A DNA stretch of 64,000 nt from Geosiphon pyriformis uo1. Its lineage: Eukaryota > Fungi > Glomeromycota. Under the pieces are notes generated by a model. It saw only the letters and a program-made list of their open reading frames with translations, did not search any database and had not been told where the DNA came from. Within the stretch, counting starts at the first letter, position 1, and each line of letters opens with the position of its first letter. Below, piece after piece: positions 25,576-37,700 of the stretch. Made by a program: the position numbers and the translations under genes. The DNA lies in the NCBI GenBank assembly GCA_016748015.1, contig JAAOMT010000672.1, forward strand, positions 443,094-507,093, in the 5' to 3' direction.

Positions 25576-25790
25576 TTTTATTATTTCGTAAGTCAACAGT
25601 CCTCAATTTCGGCTCTTTCTCACAACTTTGCTTCCTCTAATAAATTGGGGTTGTTAGTATATCTCCTAGACAACTTGCTTCTTCTAATTTCTCCTTCAAT
25701 AATTCATTAATAAACCTACTAATTTTCCCTTTACCAACTTTGTTTAATAACTTCTGATATAAATAAATTGGCAAATGTCCTTATTAGTTC
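25547..25790 (-). pseudogene. Cognate antitoxin (RHH/MazE-like) pseudogene, upstream of and overlapping the toxin
   Basis: HLPIYLYQKLLNKVGKGKISRFINELLKEKLEE / RRYTNNPNLLEEAKL(TGA)ERAEIED / KNAAKKPRVK*. The stop (25547-25549) lies downstream of the toxin ATG (25575), as in type II TA operons. Confidence 0.7.
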
Positions 25791-26568
25791 TAAAAGTAAT
25801 TGTTAAGTCACATATGTATATTTTAGAAGGCATATTTGTTTTTACAAAACAGCATTTCTTTAAAAAAGAACTGTTTGTTTTTCCACATTTTTTGATATTT
25901 TAACACTTTTTGAAACCAAGCTTATTATTCTTGAAATTATTAATTGAGCAAATTATCCTTAAATTCATAAATTTGCATCATTTGCTTGGTCAAAATTGTT
26001 CTTTTTCTTTTAAAATTAGCAATATGCTAATTTAATTTTTTTGTGATATACTGTTTAAAGCGGAACTTGATAAGTGCCATTCAATTAAATCTTAACATTG
26101 AATAATATTTTTGTTAAGGGATCGCTATCTTTTGGGAAAACTGAATAATCTTTGAGTCGAGATTTTAAATAGCATAATCAAAATTATAAAAATACAGCGG
26201 TGTTTTTTAAATAAATATTTTATACAAAAACAAAATGTCCTTTAAGAAATAAATTTGATGTACAATTTTTATAGAATTCTTGAAGATTCAAGTGTTTACG
26301 GGGAGACTAAATATATGGAAACTTATTTTAGCCAAAAATAGTAATTTTATTGAAATTTTAAAACTTAAATTCTTTACCTGATGAAGACGTGAATTGCATT
26401 TGAATCCGTTTTGATCGATTCTCTATGCGTTCAAACCATTTGTTAGGAACAGATGTTGTGAGGCAAATTCTCTAGTTCTTTCATTACATAAAGTTACTTA
26501 CGCGATTTTTTTGACTTTGCTGACTTGCTTTTCTTTTTCGACGCTAAATACCAATTAAATCCTTGAGG

Positions 26569-29500
26569 TCAAAATATAGGAGAAAGCAAGGTGAAATCAT
26601 CATTCGCAGGCTTACCTCTAGAATTCTCGCTTGAAATCACCCTAGGGTCTACCTGAACTGATATTAATCGGCTAACAAATACCGCTTCAGCATGTTGGAT
26701 ATTTAATCCACCATTTTCCTTGCGATCTAAATTTCCAATACGTGTTTTTTCGGCCATTTCAAACTGTTTCTGAATTTCCTCATTTCCATTTTCCAACCAC
26801 CCGGTAAACGTATGTATTAAATCTCGGGCTGTTGGCCGAATCTCGGTAGGAACCCCCCAACATGTTCGTATAAGATTAGCAAAAATCGGGGGCACTTCGT
26901 CAGGAATTTCTGGTCTTAAACCTTCACAAATCTTCTTTACGAGATCAGTCTCATGAGGTACATCACCAAAAGGTAATCTGCCCGTGGCTATCTCATACAT
27001 GATGCTGCCAAAACTGTATATATCAGATGCTTTAGAGTACTGATCACCTCCTAACACTTCTGGAGGTATATATGGAAGTACACCATAAATCTGATGTTTC
27101 TTTTTTACTTCCACAAAGCGCGACAATCCAAGATCACAAATTTTTAGTGATCCAGTTTCCCATAAAATGTTACCACAGTGTAAATCTTGATGTACCATCC
27201 CCGACTCGTGTATCGTCCAAAGAATCCATGTAAGATCTAAAAGCATCTCAACTTTGGCAGTCCATGTAAATTCTGAAAATCTTTTTTGAACGTAATCCCG
27301 TAGATTACATTCAATGAGTTCCATCACAAGGATAAAATCAGACGTGACCGGATCTCGAGTAATTCCAAACCACGTTGGCATATCTGATGTTACTACGTCC
27401 CATTGGCTTTTTAGCTATGCAAAAATTTTCACAGAATTAAGATTTTGAAAATAATCTCAGACACACACCGAAAAATTCTGACAATTACCTCATAAAGAAA
27501 AGACGCGTCCATTCTTTGAGAATTATGTAGGCGTTTAAGGCCGACAGAATGATCGCCATATCTAGTCCAGGTCATCATTTGATCATTCCATACACGAATA
27601 CGACCACCTTTCCAAGTTGCTTTATCTACTGTGCTGTAACCTCCTTTACCAATCAGCTTAAATTCTTCAAATTGATTAAAAGGAATCCATTCAACTATTT
27701 TAATAGAACTTTCAGCCTCAAGTTGAACTTCCCTAATAAAATTGTCAATAGATTCAATCCCACTACTCCATTTCGGAAATTCTTCGGTGAAATGACTAGA
27801 ATTGCAACTTTTGCACCAATCGACACCAGTATTGGCACGACCACACTTTTTACAAGTCCCAAGGTGTGTCAGATCAAAGGTCCAAGAATCTTCACTATGA
27901 GATGTTCGTTTGCTAAGAGGTATACTACGAGTTGTACGTGATTCTTTACCCGTGGATATAATGGAAGTAGTTTGACTTTGGTTACGTGAATGAATTCGTT
28001 TTAAACCAACTTGATCTTTGGAAATGTAATTTTCGAAATTAGGAGATAAAGGTCGTTCATTGCCAGCACTATATCGTCTGAATTTTGAATTCTTCACCAG
28101 CGATAACTCACTTCGACGCCTTTTATTAAAGCTGCTTTCAGATAACGGAAGTTCCTTGTTTTGCGAAATTTTCCCTATTTCAGGCTCAGGGGTTTGCTGT
28201 TTCGTAAAATATTCCTCTGAAGAGACATATTGTTCAAGTGCCACCGTTAACTGTTGTTCCATTCGATCATTGAACGAATTATTCTCGATATTTTCTTCTC
28301 TTAAAGTTGCCAGAGTTTCACGTTTTGTGGTTCGTATTCTTTCTAAAGTTGGACCTTCATCGCTGCCACGTCTACTTGTACGATAAACACTGGGAGGTGG
28401 AGTTTTAATCAAGGAAGTTTCATTCGCTAAACTTTTCTCAAATTCAGAAAGACCAAATTGAATAAAATCGTTCTCGTCATCAACGACAGGAATTGGCCAA
28501 GGTCCATCAGAAATCTCCACCATTTCATTTAATTGATCTAAGTCTTTTATGAACCCATTTTTTAAATTTGAATTCAATAAATCATTGGCAAATTTTTCAT
28601 CGGCTTTCTCCAGAAGAGCAATTTCTTCAGGGGAAAATCTAAACTGTTGATTTGCCTGTGGACTTGAATCAACTGTAAGACGATGATGAAAATGGGTATC
28701 GTCATTGATAAATTCGGGTGAATTTGATGTAATGATCGACTGACGTGAAGAAGATTTATTATTATTCAGTATGCTTGATTTGGCTGAATTTCCCAGGTAT
28801 TCACTCTCGTACGAGCCGACTGGGCTATTCTCGATGCTCCGACTTTCTTTTCTTGCTATTCTTTTATGTGCACCAATTTGAGAATCTGGTCGATTTTTCT
28901 CTTTCTTTAGATGAGCCTTTACTCCAATCTTTGTAGATTTTTGAACTTCGACTACGACATTATCATTATCTCTTCCTTTTGGTTTTGTGGAGACCTGTTT
29001 TTCTTGTTTGACGTTGTTAAAATTTTCCCTGAGAAAGTTTTTTTTCACCAGTTCCCCAAGACCTTGCCCTTTTGGTATTAAAAATTCTTTAAATTTTGGA
29101 AATTGGATTTCATTTTGAGGAGATGGCAAATTTTTTTCCAATACGGTTCCCGTATCATCAGCCAAAGTTTGTTCACGAGTTTTTTTGCTGGAAAGCTGCT
29201 GACTATCCAATGAGCTGTATTCAAATTGTTGAGCTTTATTCCCAATATTAACGCTTTGTTCGTCATTATTGAAATTCGTAGTTATTGATATTTGGTCCGA
29301 ATTTTCTAAATCATTATTTTGTCCTAGTTGGTCACCATTTTCCATGAATTTTATTTCCTGATTATCCCCGAAATTTCCAGGATCTTGTTCTTCTTTTAGA
29401 CCGTTAGGAACTATATCAAATTCTAAAAATTTTGATTTTTCATGCTTTCCATCGTGAGCCACAATTTTTTGGACTTTTCCTGTTACAGGAAACTTTTCTT

Positions 29501-30104
29501 GATTTAAGGACGAGGACAGCTTTTTGGGATAATATAGCTTGTCAAGATTTTTGTTTGCCTCTGATTCTAAGTTTGAAGAAAGGTTCCCACCATACGAGGA
29601 TTCCAATTCACAAATTTCTTTGATACCAACTTCGTCAATGGTTTGAGGGATCTGCATCGGTTGGGAAGGACCGGCCAAACTTGAACCTTCATTCAGACTT
29701 GGAAGCAAACTTCTGGTAAGAGATTTATCGACTGCTTTTTTAGACAATAGTTTCGATTGATCTTGACTTGGCCCTTCACTGAAATCCTCAATCTCTTTTT
29801 CATTTTCTTGAATAGAAATCTTGGAAAGATGATTGACTATGAAATCTCTGTTTTGGTTCTTTTCTTTATTCGTTGTTTTGAAAGAAGGGAAATTTGTTTT
29901 GTCCACAAATTTTTTTATTTCTTTCCAAAATTTTTTCGGAGCTGATTTCGGTTTTCCTTTAACGGCTTCCTTATCTTGAGTCTCATCAGATATTTCTGAC
30001 TTAATTGGAAGATCGAACTGGGAGGTATTTTTATCATGTAATTTTTGCTCTATATTTTGTTCCTTTGAACCAAACTCAAGGGTTTTGCTCGAATTACAAC
30101 CCAT
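26569..30104 (-). CDS. TKL-like protein kinase of the glomeromycotan expanded type, with a long disordered N-terminus; exons 30104-27489 and 27414-~26570; extra 3' exons possible
   Basis: Likely start MGCNSSK (ATG 30104); CKKC..WCKSC pre-kinase motif; GKGGYSTV, VGLK, HQDLHCGN, DLG, GVLPYIPPE, DIYSFG; 74-bp intron 27488-27415 in frame. GTAAGC near 26613 and two small downstream exon candidates could extend the C-terminus to about 26380. Confidence 0.92.
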
Positions 30105-32858
30105 ACCTTTAATGGTGGTGGTGGTGGTGGTGGTGGTGTAAGTGTAGTTGAAAAAAAGAAATGTGGAAGAAAAAAAGGATTTTTTGAATGCGAACAAGGT
30201 TTCCTAATTTACAAGTGTTTCAGGGATAATAATATAATGAATAAAGCAATATAATTATTAGCAGTTCATGCTTTGAAGTATCAAGTTAAAATGAATGACA
30301 TATATTAATACAGAGATTTAGAAGTGGACACAAAAAGATATTCAACTCAGAAAAGAGTATTGAATGCTTTGCTCTACAAAATTAAATCTTTTTAGGTTTA
30401 AAAACTTGTTTCGTTGAAAGAAAGCCGAGCAATTGATTCAAGAACAGGTCAAGATACAAGATTTTAACATTAGAGATTGAAAAGTGAATATCTGATTAAA
30501 TAAGTTGAAACAAGTAAAAGATTTCCTTCCTGTTTGGCATATACCTACTTCACCGGCACGACATTACGCATTCGCCAAAGTTGGAAAAACCTGCATTCAT
30601 CTTCAGAATTAGTTTTGTTAATTGGAGGAGGTCTCTCACATGATAGAAATTTTGGGACGCATTTTTTTTTATTGCCCAAGGATCTTGTAGCAAAGTATTC
30701 ATAACTTTAATTTATCTCCAACTATCCCTGAAAAAGTTTTTTTCTGTGAAACGCATGTTTGGGATTTTCTGCTTACTATATATTTTTATTTTTACTTTAA
30801 AAAAAAAATTCATGAATAGAAAAATATTCAAATCTATGAACCACGGTTAACGATGAACAAACAATGACGCTAAAGACATCATGTTGATCAGTAGACACAT
30901 TATGCAAATAATCATGTTTGAATTTGATTATTTCGAAGTTTAAAAAAAGGAGTCATTTGATGAGTATCAGACGGAATCGTATTTCGAGGTGGGAGGTTGT
31001 CCTGCATGATGATTTATCATCATGCCCAAATGTGGGATCATCATAAAGAAGGATTGAACTGTTTAAAAATCTTATTTATGTGCAGGAAAACTCTTGGTAT
31101 CTTGATTCACATAACAAGATTTTTTTTTAAGTAATTAATTGCACGCTCATTTTTTTAATATTGAAAAAAATTAATGAAGCTAATCACATTATTAGCCTTA
31201 TAAACTAATAAAAGTTAAAGGGAGGAGGGCTACGAATAAGTCTGAGAAAAGCTTAACATTTACCTATTTAATGATAATTATTAAATATTTTCTCGGGTGA
31301 ACTTTGTGATATGATTGATTTAATTTGTCGAATTTTAATAATTTTTAAGTTGTAGATTTGTTTTAGTAAGATTTTTACCCTTTTTTTTTTTTTTTTTGAA
31401 GATGGGAGTTTCAAACCAATGATTTATGTTTACAATTTTAGATCAACTTTTAATTTTCTAATTGAAGGAATTATATTAATAAATTTTAGCTTTTTCATCA
31501 ATAGTCTATTCCGCATTCAATATATAATTTGAAGCAAGCAAGCAAGCAAACAAACAGAAAAAAGTTTATTAATCTTTTATTTTGGTGTGAAGCACGAGTT
31601 CATTAATTCAAATAAACCATAGATAGTTTGAATTAATTAATTTACAAATATTTTTTTGGTGGTAACAAATTTCATCAACCCAAACAGCCAATTATAAAAA
31701 ACTTTTTACAAAAATCTCTATTAATAGATCAGGTGATTAATGTTAGAACTTATTTGGGAAGATCAAAGTTCAATTTATATTCCTTCTCACTATATATTAA
31801 TTAAGGACATGATTAAGTTTCGATGATGATAATGAATTATAAAGCTTTCTTAAATTTTAAATTTAGAAAAACTTAATCTGTACAATTTATGTAGGTTTAA
31901 TGTTTTTGCATTTGCATAGTTTCAGTAGTTATATTTGGTTAATATTTAATTTATCTTTTATCATAACTTTATATTTAAATAAAGAAAACAATATTTTCTG
32001 TTTTGAATAGTTTTCAATTAAAACTTTATTTATTTATTTATTTATTTATTTATTGCTTAAACAAGATTTTAATTTATCTTTATATATTTTTAAAACTAAA
32101 ACTTATTTACCAAAAACCTTCTAGATACTATTTTTTAATCTTTTGTAACAAGCTTTTTCTTTGAATTACTTTACTTGCTATAGAACAGATTTTGTTCTAC
32201 CGTTAAAAAATATTCTTGTTTTTATTTTTTTTTTACCATTTGAAACATTTCTTTAAGCTATAATTTTAGCCATTGAAATTGGCAATAAATGCGGAGAATC
32301 AAAAATTTTTGAAATAAAATACGTAATTAAGCTTTAAAAGGTCAAATGAAAAAATGATTGATCATAGTAAAGAAAACTCAATAGAAACTTTATTTAAAAG
32401 TAAAGAGAGTTATGTGTTCTTTTGTTTCAAATATGAAAAATTTAACAAGCTTTTAACAATAAGTTCTAAAAAGTAAAATAAGGTTTTAAGGGTAACAACT
32501 TGAATGGTATCAAAACCTTTTTTTTTTTAAAAACTATACTTGTTATTAGAATACAATCAATAATTAATCTTTTACCGCGATCACGTTTGATATCTGTCTA
32601 TTATAGTTCATAGACAACAGCAGGAATAAATGAGACAAAAATTTTTTTCTGATGATGAATTTGTATCAATTTACTCTTTACTCACAAAACTAATTCAAAT
32701 CCCAATTAAAAGAATAAAAAGTTTAATAAAGAATATGTAGATATTGAAGTTTCTTAAAGCACAAATTCTAAATGGGTTTTTCAAAGTTGGTAGGTTACAG
32801 GTGATGTTTATCTAAATAGTACAAAAATTTTAGTTTTCTACTATTTGTAACAAAAGAA

Positions 32859-32897
32859 TGAGGGAGGGAGGGAGGGAGGGAGGGAGGGGGGGGGGGG
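32859..32897 (+). repeat. (GGGA)n followed by poly-G; G-quadruplex-capable tract
   Basis: Direct reading: GAGGGAGGGAGGGAGGGAGGGAGGGA then a G run. Confidence 0.85.
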
Positions 32898-33809
32898 TAA
32901 GAATAATTAACTCTTCAGTTTTACTGGTCCCTATTGGAATAACCTTTTACCTGTAATTTTTACATCAAATACGTGCATCATCTCCCCCAACTGATTAGAT
33001 ATTAAGCGATCTGTATGATCGTGTTCTTTGGATTTTTTCATTAGAAAATCAACATTATTTTTCGATTGATTTCCATTTTTTTTTTTAAAAAATGAATAAA
33101 TTTATTAAATTTAAAAATTTGATATTAAACCCAATAATAAGTAAATTTGATTTATATTCAGACTAAAGAAAAAAATAATTACTTTTTACCTATCCAATAT
33201 TTTGTTTTATTCGAATTACAAATTAAAAAATACTTTTCCTACTAGTTTCAAATTTGTTAAATATTTTAAAAGTTCAAATTATCAAAAAGCTATTACCCAA
33301 TTCAAAAGTCGTTTAATTATCTTTCAATTCCAATATTTTAAATTTTTAAAATATCTCAAAGTATTTTATTAGGAATAATTATATTCAACACTAATCAAAT
33401 ATTCAAACATTTCAGTAGGCATAGAAGTAGGGGATGAATGAAATATTATGGCACTAGAGGGAGATATTTATATATAAATTAATTTTGAAATCCTTAGCAA
33501 TGCCTGCGCTCAATGTCTACGGTTGATGGTCTATTTGTTGAACAAGATTCCTCTTCAAGAATGAAACACAATTATTGACCAAAATTAAAAGTGAATCAAC
33601 TTTCAAAAGATCCCAGATGATCAAAGATTTTTAATATAGTAAAAACTTAAAAATTTTTTGGGCCAATGTGAATAGATTATTGACGTTTCAAATCCTTTAG
33701 AAATAGATTCAAGCTTATAAAGTTTTTACTTAGTCCTACATGACTGATTAGTTTAATAAATCTTTTATGCAAAGTTTTACGAACAATCCAGTTTTATACC
33801 GCTAAAGAT

Positions 33810-33821
33810 TTATTTATCTAT

Positions 33822-33860
<39 letters not shown>

Positions 33861-33880
33861 TTCATTCATTTATTTATTCA
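33810..33880. repeat. (TTTA)n microsatellite
   Basis: Direct reading. Confidence 0.85.
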
Positions 33881-33899
33881 ACCATTTCAAAACTTTAAA

Positions 33900-34651
33900 A
33901 ATTCTAATATATTATGAGCTAAAACTTTTGATCGGTTGTTGCCGAAAAAAAGTATCGTGAATATAATTTTTTCTTTCATCCATTCTAGTTTGTCTTCAAT
34001 GTCTCCCACGTTTCATCTCATTCCAGACTTCATGATAAAAAAAAATAACATCACGTTAATGACATCATTTCTTGAATAAAGATTGTGTTTATTCGTTTTT
34101 ACTCTTTCAAATTATCCCGGAAAAATGGAAAGTATATAATCTTTTATGGTCTGGACTTTTGAAATAGACCACGAATCTTCAAAGAAATTTTGATTCCGGT
34201 TCTCATTTTTACCATCCACATCATTTTCACTTGTGATAAATGCACTGATTTTCATTGTATAAAGCGGGGGATCCTTGTGCAATGTTAAAGGTACCCGCAG
34301 CACATACATTTCCCCCCACTTTTATGAAAAGGAATACATTGAGTTTAATTATACGTAGATCCAGAAATTATATCATTAGTTTTAGTATCTTCAATATATC
34401 AGAAACAATTAAATCATCATTCATGAATATTATCTAAAACAAAATTAAATACAATCTACTCTTAATCAAAACAAAAAGTTTTTTAAAATAAAGAATATAT
34501 ATATTTTTAAAAGTATTATTTCTTTTAACTCCAGTGAGAATTGTGCACAGGAAATAAGTCTGTAATTTTCCTTGAGTCTCTGTATATATATATATATGGC
34601 AAGTGGCTGGCCATTTACCAAGATGCAGAGTTTAAAATCGTCAAGATGCAT
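33900..34651 (-). pseudogene. Degenerate gene, possibly DUF7918-like
   Basis: Start MHLDDFKLCILVNGQPL resembles the 'V.I.VNG.PL.EY' N-terminus; later DVDGKN fragment; broken by a (TA)n run and stops. Confidence 0.3.
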
Positions 34652-34697
34652 GTTTCAAAGTATTATGTTTTTCCACAATTTCACAAGGAAGCATTTG

Positions 34698-34753
<56 letters not shown>
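34698..34753 (+). repeat. 56-nt poly-A tract
   Basis: Direct reading; explains the spurious poly-Lys ORFs. Confidence 0.95.
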
Positions 34754-34756
<3 letters not shown>

Positions 34757-37700
34757 GGCAAATTCTCAGTCCTAAAATAAAAACCACAAATTTTGGAAAG
34801 AAATGATCAGGAATGGAGGAGTTTGAAAGATTTCTTTAACTCATTTGGCAGACAAGAATTGTATCAAGAAATTTCCTCACAAAAAATTACGTTCCTTAAT
34901 AGAAATGAATTAATAAAACGGTGTCAGATAGTTGAGATTAGGTTATTTATTTAAAATTAAAAATTTCTTAGGAATTAAAAATACATGAACTTTATAAAAC
35001 CTGCCCAAATAATTTTGGTCAATGTTTAGTATTTCATTCATTTATAAAACTCTGTTTTCTTTTTTACACGGGCTATTAGTTATCGATTATGATGACCCTT
35101 TCAACAGATTTTATTATTTAAAAAAGTTAATAATTTAATAAAAAAATAAAATTTGAAAATTATAAGTTTAAGAATAATTACTGATTTACCCTAAATTTTA
35201 AAAATCTGGGAATTTCAGATTGAATTATGATATTCTAAAGTTTTCTTTATTGTAGATGGTTATTCCCAATAGATTGAGAATTTTCAAGGAGCAAGTTTCA
35301 ATCAAGACAGAAATCGTAATATAAATCATAGGGAAAATTGTCAATGAGCAATTCTCCTCTATTTTTGATTATCCTAATTTAGATTGAAAATTGACGCAAT
35401 AAATTAATTTGAACAGATATAAGCGTGTAATGATCCCGAATTTTTCGAAAAATTACTAATATTCAAAATAATTAATCATATTATATTTTTCCCAATTTTT
35501 TAGTTCATCTACAAACCATTTATTTTAAATAAAAACCGAATGCGAATAATGACTCTTTCGCATATCAAAAAATTATATCAAAAAATTTAAATTTTAACCG
35601 AAAATATTCTTATTTCTATAAAAATTTTTACAATATTAAGTAATTCAATAAAATAATAAACTTTTAGAAAAATTATTTAAAACTATTTAAATTAATTTTG
35701 GTGTTTTATTTTTTATTTTCAAATTTGAATAATATAATTAAATATTTATTTTATTTACTTTCTAACCTATAAATTAAATAAAACAAATTTTAATCTTGAT
35801 AATATAAAATAAAAACAACAATATTTATCAAAAATATTTTGTATTTAACAGCATTAAAAAATACGCAATTAGATTAAAAAAAATTATTTTTAATTCAAAT
35901 TTTTTTTTATACCAAATTTTTAATTTTTTAATCAAAAAATCTTTCTTCAATGTTAAAATAAAACTAATTAATAGAAAATTATAAAAAAAATTGGTTTTTA
36001 ATATATATTATTATTAATTTTATCTTATTATTCACTCACTTTTGGCTGATAATTAAAAATCTTATTAAAAATAAAGCAACATTGTTTATATTCCAAAATT
36101 AAATAGTATTTGAATAAGCTACAATCACTATAATGGTTAATCATCATATAATTTTAATTCTAAATTATATATAGTAATAATTAGTTTATTTTTTATTTAT
36201 GCTTATAATATTAATCCAGATGTTATTTCAATCTATCTAAACATATAAATGTCCCATATTAAACGCGACCTCATCAAAACCGAATCCAACACCCCTTCGT
36301 TAGAAAATTTTATTTTTATTTTAAATTTAAATTTAAAACTAAATAATAAATTTAAAATTTCTGTATTTATTATGAATATTCAATATATATATCTCTATAT
36401 TAATAAGCTTAGAAATGTTTTTAAAATGATTTAACAAATGAATAATATTTTATTATTTTTTACAATCAATAAATTTGCAATTGTGAACTATATAAAATAA
36501 CTTTAAAAAATACAAATATACCAAAAATTCTGTTTTTGAAAAAGTAATGTTTAAAAAAGAGATAATGTCACCTTTTGCAATTTTTTAACTACTTTAATAA
36601 ATAAATTGTAATGAATTTTTTTTAATATAATACCACTACTTCTAATTATATTATCGTTATTTATAGTTTTATTATTATTTTTTAGCTCATTATTTATTTT
36701 TTTATTTATTACACTAGCCAATTACTCTTTTAGTAAATTTTTTTTTAGTTAATATTATCATATGCTCTTATTTACATCATAATTTGCAATATTTTAATAT
36801 TATATAAAATTATATTTGATATTATTATTATTATTCAAAGTGATCATTATTTAAATTTTGGTTTTCATTTAAAATAATGTTTTAAATAATGAGTTTAATT
36901 AAAAAATATTTTCTTGAGTTTTTAAGTAATGTAAGAATGATAAGAAAATGCTAAAAGTAATATTTTGCATATAATATTATTTATTATTTATTTAAAATTT
37001 TATTTATTTATATAATTAAACAAACTTTAGATGTATTTCCCAATTATTTACTTAATATATATTAGTATTTCTGCATATGTTTAAACTTAAAAAAACATGT
37101 TTTGTTTCATACTTTTTCTTATTACATTATATTTTTATCACTTTTGAAATTATGGCTTAATACAAAATTCACGTTTTTCAAGTTGTTTTAACAATACTTT
37201 TTTATTATAAACTTTGAACATGTCATAAATATTGTGTTTATTTGTAGTTTTCATATTCAGTATAATAATTTTGTAATAATTTTTATGTTTTTTTGAGATC
37301 CACTGTGTATCATTAAGTCATTTTAGATGCATACGCAATTATTTTTTATAATGCTGCTTTCATAAAAATTTTTATTAAAAGTCACTTAATATATTATTGA
37401 ATTATCTATTCAATAAATAAAAAACTGTTTAAATGAGTTCAATAACAACTTATTATTATTATCAAAAATTAACTTTCTGAAATTTATCAATGTATTCATA
37501 AAGTTTTTTAGCTAATTTGTCAAATTTTTATTATCGTCTTAAAAGTTTTTATAAAATCTTTTCAAGAAAAATAATTACCAATAGAGTAATTATTCTTAAT
37601 ATATTTCAACATTTTATATACTTGTTACAATAATTTGCTTTTGACATTATATTAGAAAAATAACATATAATTTTCATTAAAGTTTTATTGAACCTAAACT

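Larger units (their letters stand above)
23480..25900. other. Decayed bacterial-like island, putative nuclear insertion of Mollicutes-related endobacterium (MRE) mobile DNA
   Basis: No introns seen; densely packed short reading frames on both strands; overlapping antitoxin-MazF operon; TGA at Trp positions; several frameshifts. Boundaries approximate. Confidence 0.75.

Noticed and set aside
27549-29945. Plus-strand ORFs inside the kinase
   Set aside because: Antisense shadows with no motifs.
30105-30197. ORF-track N-terminal extension of the kinase (MFAFKK...TTTT)
   Set aside because: Starts at TTG and crosses an (ACC)n microsatellite; the ATG of MGCNSS is more plausible.
34541-34780. Poly-lysine ORFs
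   Set aside because: Produced by a 56-nt poly-A tract.
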